The notes under the pieces: model-generated
The model's input: the letters and a program-made list of their open reading frames with translations, nothing else
What the model was told of the DNA's origin: nothing
Database searches by the model: none
Made by a program: the position numbers and the translations under genes
In this document: positions 62,873 to 64,000 of the stretch, piece by piece
Layout: every line of letters begins with the position of its first letter
Numbering within the stretch: position 1 is the stretch's first letter
From: Chiloscyllium plagiosum
Taxonomy: Eukaryota
Assembly: GCF_004010195.1 (NCBI RefSeq)
Contig: NC_057720.1
Coordinates: 5,306,177-5,370,176 of the forward strand
Direction: 5' to 3'
Length of the DNA: 64,000 nucleotides

Positions 62873-63863
62873 GTCTTCGGTTTCTCTCTGACGGCGGCAA
62901 CGGCCACTTCAACCCACCGCAACCCAACTTGATGATGCCGGAAGTGACGAACAAAGCGGCCCCGCGCGCGCGCGCGCGCACACACACTTGATGGCTCTCT
63001 CTGGAGACGGCGTGCCGGGCGTGGTGATGTCAGACGTTTGGAGTGGTGGGGGCGGGACAGGTCCAGCACGTCGTGACGTCTTGAGCGGGTCGGTTTCAGG
63101 AGGGGGAGAGCTTACAAAGGGGAGGGTACAATACGCGTTGGGCGCCGTTACGTTAAGACGTCATGACGTCACGCAGCGGGACGGCCAAATCGCGTGCTAA
63201 CGTCTCGACAGCGCGGAGGTCGTCGTGCTTTTAATAGGCATCGACGTCACGACGCGGTGTGCGCAGCTTGATGTCACAGGGAAGGCGGGAAACGGGGCGG
63301 AGCGTCACGCGACTGCTGGGTGGCTGAGGCGCGCGGCGACGACCCGTGCGTGAGCGGGGAAAGAGTGCATGGGATGGTATGATTTGGAGATGTTACGCAT
63401 GCGTGTTTGGGCGGGGCGTCTGGTGTGACGTCACTAATGGGGCGAGGTAACGCGTCGGCCACGTGATCATCTATCCCGCCCGGGGCGGGACCTCTGGCGG
63501 TTACCCCGCCCCAATAAAAGCATAACAAACAAACCAACAATGAAGGTCACACAGTGATTGTGGATCAACATTGTTTACGTTCAGGTCAGTTTATTCCCGA
63601 GGGCTGAAAAGTTTTTATTTGTCTTTTTTTGTCAAGGTGGTTGCTGTTGTTATAGTTCGGGCTTCTGCTGAGGAGATTGTCGCACTATTTTATCTGTAAT
63701 GAGACACGGAGTGCGGGCGAATCACTGTTGTTTCCACCTTAACGGTGGAACTACTTTCACCTATTCACCGCCTCGCGCGACTGGTGTGAAGGGGCCACTT
63801 CCGGTGTGTGAGTTGCCTGTGGGCCCCACCAGGTTCTCTTAAAGCGGCTCCTCACACAGTTCT

Positions 63864-63960
63864 CTGATGAAGTGTCATCTAGAATTGAAACGTTAGCTTT
63901 CTTTCTCCACGGATTCGCTCCAATCTCCTTCCACAGTGAACTTACACATTAATGCCTAGA
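63864..63960 (+). repeat. Decayed hammerhead-type mini-element upstream of the promoter
   Basis: CTGATGA-agtgtcatctagaatt-GAAACGTT, followed by agctttctttctccacggat. Stem II is disrupted. Confidence 0.5.
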
Positions 63961-64000
63961 CAAAAATAAACTCGGGCAGTTCAAATTAAACCATTAAAGG

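Larger units (their letters stand above)
62300..63520 (-). promoter_or_regulatory. CpG island: promoter and 5' UTR of PRKACB
   Basis: GC and CpG content rise abruptly compared with the rest of the window. Contains GC boxes (GGGCGG near 63049, 63296, 63409, 63483), ETS CCGGAAGT near 62938-62945, full CREs TGACGTCA at 63164-63171 and 63426-63433, E-box CACGTG at 63460-63465 and NRF1-like ACGCATGCGT at 63395-63404. Confidence 0.85.

Noticed and set aside
62712..63540. ORFs with poly-His, poly-Trp or poly-Val
   Set aside because: These are translations of the (CCA)n tract and GC-rich promoter, where stop codons are rare.

Overview
This is eukaryotic vertebrate DNA, most likely from a shark or other elasmobranch (inferred from HE1/V-SINE, DeuSINE and CR1/HER1-like repeats). 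The only recognisable host gene is on the minus strand. It consists of the CpG-island promoter and first coding exon (62449-62404, MGNAATAKKGNEIES-V) of a cAMP-dependent protein kinase catalytic subunit, most likely PRKACB (C-beta-1). The remaining ~62 kb (1-62403) is intron 1, and no exon 2 was found. The intron is full of decayed retroelements: many CR1 LINE fragments (including a formerly full-length copy in a four-level nest), Penelope-like elements (PLEs), an RTE LINE, HE1 and DeuSINE SINEs, a solo LTR and two DNA-transposon relics. Almost all ORFs in the supplied track are pieces of these elements or their antisense frames. Three signals are most interesting: (i) a dispersed set of minimal hammerhead-ribozyme motifs carried by PLE ends and by short, TSD-flanked, often palindromic elements; (ii) a cluster of CRE sites in the promoter of the kinase that activates CREB; (iii) a candidate in-frame 165-nt cassette exon. 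Repeat boundaries were read by eye and are approximate unless a TSD is quoted.
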